DNA of 64,000 nucleotides from Haliotis cracherodii (GCF_022045235.1 NW_027266266.1:1550001-1614000); one strand, 5' to 3'; shown: positions 1 through 12,725, counted from the first letter of the stretch. Translations and numbers: made by a program. Notes: generated from the letters alone by a model not told the origin.

Positions 1-880
1 GATTATATTACAAAGTTTGATTTGATGTACAACAAGATTAAGAAGAAAAATATGACATTGCCTCCCAAGATTTTGGCTTTTAAGCTGTTGAGACGTGCGA
101 ATATCTTAATATGGATTAAATGATGCTGCTCGTCAGTTTTATCACAGTGTAGTTGAAGAACTTGTCAAATTAAAGTGTGAAGAATCACCTCTAGATCCAG
201 CTTTCTTCTATAACAAGAATGATTCTGTGTTGCGTGGTATGCTGGTGAGTCATGTGGACGATTTTTTGCATTGTGGTGAACCAGACTTTGAGTCAACTGT
301 GATGAAACAAATGCATCACAGATTTCTTGCGGGAAGGCTGGAGGAAAAGAGTTTCCAGTATATCGGGTTTGACATTATGCAGGATGAGAGTGGTGTGTTC
401 ATGGACCAGTCTGCATTTATTGAAGAAATACACGTTGAGGTGATATCATCAGATAGAAATGCGCAGAAAAGGGAGTCACTCACGCCAATCAAAAGCACAA
501 AGTTTAGGGGTATAGTTGGAAAATTGAACTGGGCAGTTCACGGTTCGAGGCCTGATTTAGCCTTTGAGATGGTGGATCTTAGTATGAAATTCAAAGCAAG
601 CACTGTGTGTGATCTTATCAGAGCTACGAAAGCCTTGAAAAAATTGAAGTCTGTTTCAACAAAAGTGTATTTTCCTAGGCTGGATGATCAATTGAAATGG
701 CGGATTATTGTGTTTCCAGATGCTGCTCATGCAAATGTGAGTGATGGCATTGGCAGCGTGGGTGCACATGTGATATTTCTTGCTGATGATAACAATTGTT
801 GTGTTTTGTCATGGCATTCTGGCAAGATAAAGAGAGTGGTTCGTTCCACATTGGCTGCAGAGGTCCTTAGTCTTCTCTCT
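1..880 (+). mobile_element. Ty1/copia LTR-retrotransposon remnant (gag fragment joined to RT-RNase H; GalEa-like)
   Basis: 1-105 reads DYITKFDLMYNKIKKKNMTLPPKILAFKLLRRANI (gag-like). From 110: YGLNDAARQFY...DPAFF...VSHVDDFL (RT catalytic DD)...GKLNWAVHGSRPDLAF...IIVFPDAAHAN...SWHSGKIKRVVRSTLAAE (copia RNase H), after which homology is lost. Confidence 0.85.
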
Positions 881-1167
881 TTGGAGAGTACGAATAAATG
901 GCGACGAGATGAGCATGTGTTGGTGTCGTTCTCAGTAATATGGCGAATGGTTTTATCTGCTGATATATGATATTTAGGATATGGAAACACACAAGGGCAA
1001 TAATCTCTTCATCATATAATTTTATTCATAAAATAATCCATGATTGAGACGTAATTTTAGTCAATGAAGTATCCTCATGGCCCATGTGCGAATACAACAT
1101 TTGAGTGAACGGCCCATTATATCACATCGCCAAACCAAAATGATTCCAGCCCGGGAATTCCCTGCAT

Positions 1168-1280
1168 CAACCAAGTCTGACCACCCCATCCCATTACTCA
1201 CCTCTTACGACAAGCAGAGTCGCCTTTTACGGCAAGCATGGGTTGCTGAATACCTATTCTAACCCGGATCGTCAAGGGTC
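1168..1280 (-). mobile_element. SINE-like family A (headless, GACCCGTGAAGATCC 5' end), partial copy
   Basis: Reverse complement matches the 5' half of the copy at 2129-2387. Confidence 0.75.
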
Positions 1281-2128
1281 TCTGAAGTATTGAAACCCTC
1301 CTAAACCATATTAATGTTTGACATTACGGTTATTATAAGTACCTCAAGACATTAAATCCTAATTTAGTTTGAACGCTTGTAAATGATAAAAGTGAAAATA
1401 ATACATTACTTTAACTGGGACGTAATGAATCTACACTGGCAGTTATTTGACAGCAATGAATCACCTGAGTGAGGTGTCTAGAAGCAGAAGTATGCCACCT
1501 GGGATAGCTTGATTGTGACCGTTATGTAGCCTCAGCTCAAATCAATATCTGGAGGGCGCGCTCATCTCAGGAGATTGCTGCCTTCAATCAGTTGTCAGGA
1601 GAGTAGTGTGTACACAGGCAGCTCCTATCGGCTATTAATGATGAATGACATTGTGACATACTTGCAGTTGTTAATAGCTAGGTAATTATAGATATATCAG
1701 CCTACCTCACAGAATGTTGTATGGAGGAGCCAATCAAACAGGGTAAAGATTACACCGCTTTACTCAGTTTTACAGGTAATTCAGCAGGGGTTACCACACT
1801 TTTTTCTATTTTTCTTTTTTTTCCCATGTTTTACTAACAATAGTTAGGGAAAAGGAAAAACAAATTTGTCTATCTCAGGATTTGTTTTGTTATATGGAAT
1901 ATGTCTGTTTGGGTTGGTCAGTCTAGTGGGAAAGAAAGCATTTTCTATTTGTACAGTAGCTGAGAGTGTCATCACAGGATATCTTCCTCTTTATTTGTAG
2001 TTGTCTCGGTGTAGCTTTCCAAAACCATTAAAAACAGAGCCATCGGACATCGATTCCAGCAATTATCAAGAGAAACATGACGATTAAACATGCTTTTTTC
2101 AATCAAATATTTATTTCTTTTACATGCA

Positions 2129-2387
2129 GACCCGTGAAGATCCTGGGTAGAATAAGTCTTCGGCAACACATGCTTACCTTAAAAGGTGACTATGCTTATC
2201 GTATGAGGCGACTAACGTGGTCGGGTGGTCAGGCTCGCTGACTTGTCATGTCATCCTATCCTAATTGTGTGGATAAATGCTCATGATATCAATCACTGGA
2301 TTATTTGGTCAAGACTCAATTATTTACAGACTGATGTCATATAGCTGGATTATTGCTGAGAGCTGCGTTTAAACAACAAACAAACAA
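2129..2387 (+). mobile_element. SINE-like family A, full-length copy
   Basis: GACCCGTGAAGATCC...GGCGACTAA...GCTGGATTATTGCTGAG...(CAAA)n tail, flanked by ttttacatg(c/t)a target-site duplication. About ten related copies in the window. Confidence 0.8.
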
Positions 2388-2484
2388 TTTTTACATGTAT
2401 TTTTGTTATTTCCAAGTCAGTCACCTGTGATAAATGTCAACCATGTTTCCAGTTGCTACCCACTGTCAACAGCCTCTCTGATGA

Positions 2485-3775
2485 TACTTGGGTGGGGAGT
2501 CATGACAAGACCAACTTGGATGGGGAGTCATGGTGACACCTACTTGCATGGGGAGTCATGGTGACACCTACTTTGATTGGGGAGTCATGACAACACTTAC
2601 TTGAATGGGGAGTCAAGACAACCCCTTCTTGGATTGGGGAGTCATGACAAGACCAACTTGGATGGGGAATCATGGTGACACCTACTTGCGTGGGGAGTCA
2701 TGGTGACACCTACTTTGATTGGGGAGTCATGACAACACTTACTTGAATGGGGAGTCAAGACGACCCCTTCTTGGATTGGGGAGTCATGACAAGACCAACT
2801 TGGATGGGGAGTCATGGTGACACCTACTTGCATGGGGAGTCATGGTGACACCTACTTTGATTGGGGAGTCATGACAACACTTACTTGAATGGGGAGTCAA
2901 GACGACCCCTTCTTGGATTGGGGAGTCATGACAAGACCAACTTGGATGGGGAGTCATGGTGACACCTACTTGCATGGGGAGTCATGGTGACACCTACTTG
3001 CATGGGGAGTCATGATGACACCTACTTGGGTGGGGAGTCATGGTGACACCTACTTGGGTGGGGAGTCATGGTGACACCTACTTGCGTGGGGAGTCATGGT
3101 GACACCTACTTGGGTGGGGAGTCATGGTGACACCTACTTGCATGGGGAGTCATGGTGACACCTACTTGCGTGGGGAGTCATGGTGACACCTACTTGGGTG
3201 GGGAGTCATGGTGACACCTACTTGCGTGGGGAGTCATGGTGACACCTACTTGCGTGGGGAGTCATGGTGACACCTACTTGGGTGGGGAGTCATGGTGACA
3301 CCTACTTGCATGGGGAGTCATGGTGACACCTACTTGCATGGGGAGTCATGATGACACCTACTTGGGTGGGGAGTCATGGTGACACCTACTTGCGTGGGGA
3401 GTCATGGTGACACCTACTTGGGTGGGGAGTCATGGTGACACCTACTTGCATGGGGAGTCATGGTGACACCTACTTGCGTGGGGAGTCATGGTGACACCTA
3501 CTTGGGTGGGGAGTCATGGTGACACCTACTTGCGTGGGGAGTCATGGTGACACCTACTTGCGTGGGGAGTCATGGTGACACCTACTTGGGTGGGGAGTCA
3601 TGGTGACACCTACTTGCATGGGGAGTCATGGTGACACCTACTTGCATGGGGAGTCATGATGACACCTACTTGGGTGGGGAGTCATGGTGACACCTACTTG
3701 CGTGGGGAGTCATGGTGACACCTACTTGGACGTGAAGTGATGACAACACTTACTTGGATGAAGGGTCATTTTGAG
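2485..3775. repeat. 28-bp minisatellite (~45 copies) built from the SGSM exon 3 splice donor
   Basis: Unit catggtgacacctacttgcatggggagt. The minus strand carries CAA|GTAGGT in each unit and the array is in register with the true CAA|GTAAGT donor at 3753/3754. A 142-bp higher-order period is present at ~2500-2950. Confidence 0.95.
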
Positions 3776-3922
3776 TCTCAATTTCAGCCAGCTGTTTTGT
3801 GACGGTGGAGGCTGAATCACAGTTTTTGGCGATCTTCTGCAGGAGTGCTGTGGTGGTGCTGTGCTTGAACAGCCCGAGGGCTCGCTTCTTGAGGCCATGC
3901 AACAAACAGGCCTCCACGGCAC
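3754..3922 (-). CDS. SGSM1: SGSM1/2-like (RUN and TBC domain protein) coding exon 3; gene continues beyond the left edge
   Basis: (G)AVEACLLHGLKKRALGLFKHSTTTALLQKIAK matches the SGSM RUN domain. ttgcag acceptor, gtaagt donor, phase 1 joins exon 2. SGSM1 vs SGSM2 cannot be distinguished in an invertebrate. Confidence 0.92.
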
Positions 3923-4114
3923 CTGCAAACAAAGTACAGTCCTGTAATCAATGGAAATGAACAGTTTGTAGGTTTCACACAGCGACAAATGAGCACCAGG
4001 AGTCAGTGTACGCAGTGCACAAAAGGTCAACAGTATTGCAGGGAAAGAAATTAGGAGTGACGTGTCTTTCTATGTCAGGAATATCACAGCCCCTCCACAG
4101 TTCTATCAAAGGCA

Positions 4115-4472
4115 TATCCCAGTCACATGGCAGTCCTACCAAAGTCACATGACAGTCACATGGCAGTCTTACCACAGTCACATGACAGTCACATGGCAGT
4201 CCTACCACAGTCACATGGCATTCCTACCAGTCACATGACAGTCCTACCAATAACATGATAGTCCTACCACAGTCATATGGCATTCCTAACAGTCACATGA
4301 CAGTCACATGACAGTCCTACCACAGTCATATGGCATTCATACCAGTCAGAGGAACATGGCAGTCCTACCAAACAGATGGCAGTCCTTAGTAACCACATTC
4401 ACATGGCAGACCTTACCACAGTCACATAACAGTCCTACAACAGTCACATTACAGTCACATGGTAGTCCTACA
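4115..4472. repeat. Degenerate minisatellite (cagtcacatggcagtcctaccaca-type)
   Basis: Repeated cagtcacatg/cagtcctacc subunits. Confidence 0.85.
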
Positions 4473-5974
4473 CATTTGAAATGATAAGAAATACAAACAT
4501 GCTCAGACAGTCCATGTCAGATTTTCTTCACTCCAACACTGATTTGTGACCCCCATTTATTTCATGTGACCCTGAAGATCATCTCCTCCAATGACCCCCA
4601 GAGGCACAGATCAAGGTACATCCCTGTGTAATTTACAGGCTAAGACATGCTGGAACATCTCAAGCTGTCTGCTCAATGTCAAAAGATTTTTCTTATTTTC
4701 AAAAGTTTGCTACTGGTAGTGTATATAAATTCATATATATAATCCTAATCTGGCAGAGGTGATTGGTTGCGTTTGATTTCCCTGTCGTAATGTGCACAAC
4801 CAAGTCATTCAGTGAAACATCAGCATTAACACAAGTGTTTTTAAGAAAATGAGGAAACACAACACATTTCTTCCGATTGCTTGCTCACAACCGTTACCAT
4901 GGTTACTGGCACTCAGGCCAGGAGGTCGAAGGTTATGACTTAACAGGCCAACAACATTACATGATTACATTACATGATTACATTACATGATTACAGTACT
5001 TATGCAGTAATTAACATCAGCTGGATTCCTTGATTCTTTGCCTGTGCAAATATACATTTCTTTTGCTAAGTAGACATTGAAAACAGTCCAATTCTTGAGT
5101 ACATGATTTCTGATCAGCTACAACAACATCCTAACAAATCAGGTCACCTGCTGCCAATCATCTATTGTATATCATGTACAATATCCAACACACATGTATA
5201 TTAACACTGTTATTACACCATATTAATTACTACCACTGACAGCTGCCATTAATAAAAACAAGAAACCCTTTCAAGGCTTGCAGTGTTTATACAGTGAGGT
5301 GCATAACAATAAAATACCAGCTGACGTAAACACCGTGATAATTGATCATTATCAGATGTGATACAACTAGGCTTTTATTTGACTAGCTCCTATTTCAGAA
5401 AATATTGACAAAATTGGTTTGGTGTACAGCACGTTCGTCATAGGGGATTGTGGGTAAGCAGATCACATTCTGTATCAACGTCAGAGATGATTATTTTTCC
5501 ATTCCGAAAACCAATCCGGCCACCTAACCAGTGGAATCCAGCTTTGACCATTTGTAAGAAAAAATCAATGGCAGATTGACGCCCACGCACAGAGTTCCTG
5601 GCAGTCTTCCCATCATGCACTGTTGTGTGCTCTCGGAGTGCAGGAAAGTCTAGCACCACGGACTCAACACACTGATTGAAAACATCAGCAGATTATAATG
5701 ATACAAACTTTTGGAGATAATTTGGCTGTTTGCTGTTGGGAAATCGCGAGGCAATTCACATGAAGATTACATGTGAAAATAATTCCTCCAAAGCCTGCGA
5801 TGACATTCCAGGGATCTCAAAATTATTGAAAGTACGACCCTAAAGTGAATTAGTTGAAGACATCATTTGACCTTGAGAATAATTTGTCACCTCAAATTTA
5901 TGTCCCAAAACAAAAAAACCTCATATATCCTATGGCCTGAATGACTTACTTCAAATGTATTATCTGACTGACTG

Positions 5975-6362
5975 GATGGAGCATGTCTGCTGTTGGTTAT
6001 TTGATTGACTAGACGTAGCATGTCTGCTGTGGCTTTATTTGATTGACTAGACGTAGCATGGCTGCTGTTGCTTTATTTGATTGACTAGACGTAGCATGGC
6101 TGCTGTTGGTTATTTGATCGACTAGAGGTAGCATGTCTGCTGTTGGTTATTTGATCGACTAGAGGTAGCATCGCTGCTGTTGGTTATTTGATCGACTAGA
6201 GGTAGCATGCCTGCTGTTGGTTATTTGATGGACAAGAGGTAGCATGTCTGCTGTTGCTTAATTTGATCGATTAAAGACAGCATGTCTGCTGTTGCTTTAT
6301 TTGATGGACAAGAGGTAGCATGTCTGCTGTTGCTTTATTTGATCGATTAAAGGCAGCATGTC
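5975..6362. repeat. ~37-bp minisatellite (~10 copies)
   Basis: Unit approximately gactagaggtagcatgtctgctgttggttatttgatc. Confidence 0.9.
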
Positions 6363-6641
6363 GGCCGCTGGACAAAATTGTCATGTAGGAACACTGTAGC
6401 AACAGCAGAGATGCAGAGATGCAGACACACACTGTGATGAGCAGACCTCATTCAGACCACCAATCAATACCAATCAGTCCTAATCAATTCACCATCCAAA
6501 CCTGCCCATACGACCAGGTGCGGACACTGGACAGACTGTCATAATCAACACAGAATGCCTCACAGATTTCAATACTACTACTAGTCTATTCACAAGGTAA
6601 ACAATGACAGAATGATACAGTGAGGAGCTTTTCATATTAAT

Positions 6642-8280
6642 AGTGACTGTAGACTGTTATAACCACAGGGACTGTGCACTGTTATAACCAGTGACTGTAC
6701 ACTGTTATAACCACAGGGACTGTGCACTGTTATAACCAGTGACTGTACACTGTTATAACCACAGGGACTGTGCACTGTTATAACCAGTGACTGTACACTG
6801 TTATAACCAGTGACTGTACACTGTTATAACCACAGGGACTGTGCACTGTTATAACCAGTGACTGTACACTGTTATAACCATAGGGACTGTACACTGTTAT
6901 AACCACAGGGACCATACACTGCTATAACCAGTGACTGTACACTGTTATAACCATAGGGACTGTACACTGTTATAACCACAGGGACCATACACTGTTATAG
7001 CCACAGGGACTGTACACTGTTATAACCACAGGGACTGTACACTGTTATAACCACAGGGACTGTACACTGTTATAACCACAGGGACTGTACACTGTTATAA
7101 CCACAGGGACTGTACACTGTTATAACCAGAGGGACTGTACACTGTTATAACCATAGGGACTGTACACTGTTATAACCACAGGGACTGTACAATGTCATAA
7201 CATCAGGGACTGTACACTGTTATCACCAGTGACTGTACACTGTTATAACCACAGGGACTGTACACTGTTATAACCACAGGGACTGTACACTGTTATAACC
7301 ATAGTGACTGTACACTGTTATAACCACTGGGACTGTACACTGTTATAAACATAGTGACTGTACACTGTTATAACCACAGGGACTGTACACTGTTACAACC
7401 ACAGAGACTGTACACTGTTGTAACCACTGGGACGATATGCTGTTATAACCACAGGGACTGAACACTGTTATAACCTGTAACTGTACACTGTTATGACCAC
7501 ATGGACTGTACACTGTCATAACCAGTGACTGTACACTGTTATAACCACAGGGACTGAACACTGTTATAACCTGTAACTGTACACTGTTATGACCACATGG
7601 ACTGTACACTGCTATAACCAGTGACTGTACACTGTTATAACCATAGGGACTGTACACTGTTATAACCACAGGGACTGTCCACTTTTATAGCCACAGGGAC
7701 TGTACACTGTTATAACCACAGGGACCATACACTGTTATAGCCACAGGGACTGTACACTGTTATAGCCACAGGGACTGTACAGTGTTATAACCACAGGGAC
7801 TGTACACTGTCATAACCACAGGGACTGTATACTGTTATAACCACAGGGACTGTACAGTTTTAACCATATGGACTGTACACTGTTATCACCATAGGGACTG
7901 TATACTGTTATAACCACAGGGACCATACACTGTCATAACCACAGGGACTGTTTTCTGTTATAACCACAGGGACTGTACACTGTTATAACCACAGGGACTG
8001 TACACTGTTTTAACCATATGGACTGTACACTGTTATCACCATGGGGACTGTACACTGTTATAACCACAGGGACTGTACACTGTTATAACCACAGGGACTG
8101 TACACTGTTATAACCACAGGGACTGTACACTGTTGTAACCATAGGGACTGTACACTGTTATAACCACAGGGACTGTACACTGTTATCACCAGTGACTGTA
8201 CACTGTTATAACCACAGGGACTGTACACTGTTATAATAACAGGGACTGTACACTGTTATAACCAGGGACTGTACACTTAT
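6642..8280. repeat. 23/25-bp minisatellite
   Basis: Unit ccacagggactgtacactgttataa with a ccagtgact variant. Confidence 0.95.
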
Positions 8281-8740
8281 CATGGTTATAACTGTAGGGT
8301 TCAGTCATCGCATTGTGGTGGATCCCAGCTTGTGGTGGATGCATGACAGCGCGGAGCTCTGTGGTCTACATTCTGACACATACAGTTCCACTACTCGACA
8401 CACTTGTCTCCAGACATCTGTTGGTGAAAGCTGTCACCTCATCATCACAGCTGGCATCGCAAGCATGGAATAATAACCACTTTGATTTTGATTACTCATC
8501 ACTGCATATCATGCCTAACTACCTCAGGCACCGTCAAGGTGATTTAAACACAGCTGATGGCTGAACAGTTTTATGGATCTGGACTCCATTAGACATACAG
8601 TACAACTGTGTCAGAAGGGTTTCAGATGGCTTCATTTTCTAGGGAATTAACAGATAAAAACTGTCCTATAGATGATGCTCAGTCATTAGAATAAGATAAA
8701 TGCTGTTCAGCTAGTTCAATCTACACAGTGAGATATATAG

Positions 8741-8882
8741 AATACTAAACGAGCTCCCGTGTAATACCAATTTTATGAAACGAGTGAATAGTTCTGGTAT
8801 CTGACTCGCTTTCGCTCGTCAGATACCAGAACTATTCACGAGTTTCATAAAATTGGTTTTACACGGGAGCGAGTTTAGTATT
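8741..8882. repeat. Long palindrome (65-bp arms, 12-nt loop), probably the end of a non-autonomous DNA element extending to ~9500
   Basis: 8741-8805 is the near-perfect reverse complement of 8818-8882. Sequence at ~9285-9390 recurs at ~23915-24015, indicating a dispersed element. Confidence 0.85.
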
Positions 8883-9057
8883 TTATTTATTACTGGACAT
8901 TCATAACGTTTTTAGAATTATACTGCTGAGTGTGAATAGGCTGACACCTACACGATCCACGGCATAATCCAACTGAGTTAACACAGTTATACTTCAAATA
9001 CGTCAAAAGTTGAAACGTATGAATTTAATACCATCCAACGGTCCACCTTTAGAATCC

Positions 9058-9172
9058 AGGCGTCCGTTCCACAAAATTATCGTAGCGTTAAGGTTATCGC
9101 AACTCATATACTTTACTTTAGACCAACGACTGTCGTTGCGCTACAGTACGATCGCCTTGTGGAACGGGGCCT
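9058..9172. mobile_element. Short MITE with (c)cgttccacaa terminal inverted repeats
   Basis: ggcgtccgttccacaa ... ttgtggaacggggcc. Related ends occur at ~28180-28198 and ~50933-50970. Confidence 0.6.
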
Positions 9173-10290
9173 TGCATCTCAAAGTTTACAATCACGTCAC
9201 AATACCCGATGACGTAATTTGTGGAATTTTGTAGCAAGATCCTACGGCGAAACAATGCCATGTGACGTCAACCTAGCAACAAGGTTGCTGGGGTCATCGA
9301 GTGTGCATAAGCTCCCCTCAGTGATCTATCATCTCCACACGCAATGTCGATGAATAAGCCAAGGGATGTTGAGAGCTTTCAATATTTGTTCGTGAAACGT
9401 GTTCCGAGAGTACATAAGCACGCGTTTTGGTATTACACAATGTGTAATACAGCTGTATGTTTATTAAACGGGTGATCTCTTCACGGGCAAGTAATAAAAT
9501 ATGTTATTCAACATGTACAACCTACAGGGCGAGATAAATATGTTATTCAACATGTTCAATCTACAGGGTGAGAATATTAATCTTTTATTCAACATGCTCA
9601 ACCTACAGGGCGAGAAAATATGTTATCCATGTACAATAACATAAACCAGGCATTCCATGACCACATATTACTGTCGCATGTAACTCTGCTCATATGTTCC
9701 TAGGTCCTGATGAGTCTCTGGCAGCAACATCTGCCTTTCCATGACCACATACTACTGTCCCATGACACAAGACATCAGTGAACACAACAACATTTATAAG
9801 CATGTTTCTTCAGTAATGTCTCTGATTTCTGTCTTAACTTTCCCTGAGCAGCACTCAGCTAATTACCATCATCGGGTGACCAGGCAGAAGAACCAACTAA
9901 TCAATCCCGACGGCAGGAGCACCGACCTGACAAACTGCTGTCGTGCTGTGTATCAGCTGTCTGCCATCGGACAGGCCTGGTAGTGGATCAGCTTGTCTAT
10001 TACCTTTGGTGTCAATACATGATTGCAAAAAGTGCAGTATCATGTATCGTAACCAGAGTCCAAAATGAGACATGAAAGTCAAGCAGTTCTTGTCACAAAT
10101 AGCACAGGAATGATCCCTATGTCTCCAGATCCCCATTGATTTCTTAACGCGCAGGTAAGTTTGTGATGCATGGTGGCTGCATGTCCTACAGGCACATCAA
10201 AGGCAGCTCCAGCAGCTTCTGGCATGACACGAGTGTAATGGCTTCTGCCGAGACCTGCAACACTTCAGCCTGGTCTGTCTCCCATATCAT

Positions 10291-10815
10291 GGTGAGGTGA
10301 GGGTTTAACGCTATGTTATATGCCACAGTTTAACATGGAAATCCCACTCAGACACAGTATACTGACTCCCAGCCAACCAGTCCTTGTTATGTCCCCTTAA
10401 TTTTGTTTGTTTGTTTGTTGTTTAACGCCATACTCAGCAACATTCCAGCTCTATGACGGCAGTTTGTAAATAATCGAGTTTGGACCAGACAATCCAGTGA
10501 TTGACATCATGTCTCAGCATCGATCCATGCAATTGGGATACTATGGCATGTATCAACCAAGTCAGCGAGCAAGACCACCCGTTCCCATTAGTCGCCTCTT
10601 CCAACAAGCATAGTCACCTTCAACGAAAAGCATGGGGTTCCTGAAGACCTAATCTCACCTGGATCTTCACAGGTCATATTCCTTTAATGCTGAGCCAAGC
10701 ATGGTAACAACAAGTACCATCTTTTAACATCTTTTGGAATGATACAGCCTGAGGTTCACACAATCAATGTCTGCTCAACCGGAAGACGCTCTACTCACCA
10801 GACTACAGGGGCAGT
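10291..10815 (-). mobile_element. tRNA-derived SINE (Meta/MESC-type core), degenerate, interrupted by a family A element
   Basis: Homologous to 14956-15303 on both sides of the insert at 10402-10675. Confidence 0.75.
10402..10675 (-). mobile_element. SINE-like family A, full-length nested copy
   Basis: (TTTG)n tail at left, GACCTGTGAAGATCC head at right. Imperfect 13-bp TSD atgtccccttaat/atattcctttaat. Confidence 0.8.
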
Positions 10816-10831
10816 CCTCCACTACAAGACT

Positions 10832-11112
10832 AGCTCAAACAAAGGGTCAACCAAAGGGTCAGCTCAATTAAAGGGTCAGCTCAATTAAAGGGTTAGCTCA
10901 ACCAAAGGGTCAGCTCAATCAAAGGGTCAGCTCAATTAAAGGGTCAGCTCAACCAAAGGGTCAGCTCAACCAAAGGGTCAGCTCAACCAAAGGGTCAGCT
11001 CAATTAAAGGGTCAGCTCAACCAAAGGGTCAGCTCAACCAAAGGGTCAGCTCAATTAAAGGGTCAGCTCAACCAAAGGGTCAGCTCAACCAAAGGGTCAG
11101 CTCAACTAAAGG
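10832..11112. repeat. 17-bp minisatellite (~15 copies)
   Basis: Unit caaagggtcagctcaac. Confidence 0.95.
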
Positions 11113-11161
11113 CTCATCTTTGCCCAGAGTGGGAGTGAGTGTATTCTGCTGTTGGGAATGA

Positions 11162-12131
11162 AGTAATGAGCCATTACTGGGCCACTCAATGATCTGGTAG
11201 AACTCAGGGACTTCAGTAATGAGCCAGTACTTGGCCACTCAATGATCTTGTAGAACTCAGGGACTTCAGTAATGAACCAGTACTGGGCCACTCAATGATC
11301 TTGTAGAACTCAGGGACTTCAGTAATGAACCAGTACTGGGCCACTCAATGATCTTGTAGAACTCAGGGACTTCAGTAATGAGCCAGTACTTGGCCACTCA
11401 ATGATCTTGTAGAACTCAGGGACTTCAGTAATGAACCAGTACTGGGCCACTCAATGATCTTGTAGAACTCAGGGACTTCAGTAATGAGCCAGTACTTGGC
11501 CACTCAATGATCTTGTAGAACTCAGGGACTCCAGTAATGATCCAGTACTGGGCCACTCAATGATCTGGTAGAACTCAAGGACTTCAGTAATGAACCAGTA
11601 CTGGGCCACTCAATGATCTTGTAGAACTCAGGGACTTCAGTAATGAACCAGTACTGGGCCACTCAATGATCTTGTAGAACTCAGGGACTTCAGTAATGAA
11701 CCAGTACTGGGCCACTCAATGATCTTGTAGAACTCAGGGACTTCAGTAATGAGCCAGTACTGGGCTACTCAATGATCTTGTAGAACTCAGGGACTCCAGT
11801 AATGATCCAGTACTGGGCCACTCAATGATCTGGTAGAACTCAGGGACTTCAGTAATGAACCAGTACTTGGCCACTCAATGGTCTTGTAGAACTCAGGGAC
11901 TTCAGTAATGAGCCAGTACTGGGCTACTCAATGATCTTGTAGAACTCAGTGAGGGACTCTAGTAATGAGCCAGTACTGGGCTACTCAATGATCTTGTAGA
12001 ACTCAGGGACTTCAGTAATGAGCCAGTACTGGGCCACTCAATGATCTTGTAGAACTCAGGGTCTTCAGTAATGAGCCAGTACTGGGCTACTCAATGATCT
12101 TGTAGAACTCAGGGACTCCAGTAATGAGCCA
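11162..12131. repeat. 53-bp minisatellite (~18 copies)
   Basis: Unit cagtaatgagccagtactgggccactcaatgatcttgtagaactcagggactt. Confidence 0.95.
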
Positions 12132-12638
12132 ATTTCAAGTCATGACCAAAACAATAACCTTGGCAACACAGCATCAGTATCCATCAATTAAGTGAAAACT
12201 CAGTTGTCGATTCTTTTGGGGGACAATTGAAAATAAACCTCATTTCAGAGTAATCTATACCTGGAAAATTACCTATTCTTCATATATATATTTTTTCCCT
12301 AAATATCAGTAACCATGGCAACACAGTTACATGAATATTCTAGTTATCACAAACATGAATACAACATGGCAAAAGTATGTGATAAATGTACAGGTAATAT
12401 ACATGCACAGTGAGAGCACATTAGGACAACACAACATGGCCATTGAATCACACAAAGAACAGCGTGGTGTTGATGTCCCTGTGGAATGAAAGGGTATATC
12501 TAGGATTCTAAACGAAGTGCTGGCAAATTGGGGAAAAAATCATTTCCTAAATTCTAAAGTATTTTCACTGTATCTTAACATTGTATTTAAGCAATGTTGT
12601 AAAACCAAGCATAATGCCCACTCTGTTCACTGGTCCTG

Positions 12639-12725
12639 CACCAGAAATGGGTGCCACACAATGTACCCATGTGGGGAATCGAACCCGGGTCTTCAGGGTG
12701 ACGAGCAAACGCTTTAACCACTAGG
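12639..12725 (-). mobile_element. tRNA-derived SINE family B, 5' fragment
   Basis: Matches the head of the copy at 54477-54637 (A box cctagtggtt, B box ggttcgattcc). Confidence 0.75.

Noticed and set aside
893-912. tggcgacgag primer-binding-site-like motif
   Set aside because: No identifiable LTR beside it, and it is in the wrong position relative to the copia pol fragment.
10079-10255. Possible phase-1 poison exon in SGSM intron 2 (gttgcag acceptor, ~58 open codons)
   Set aside because: No recognisable homology; such acceptors arise by chance in a 16.6-kb intron.
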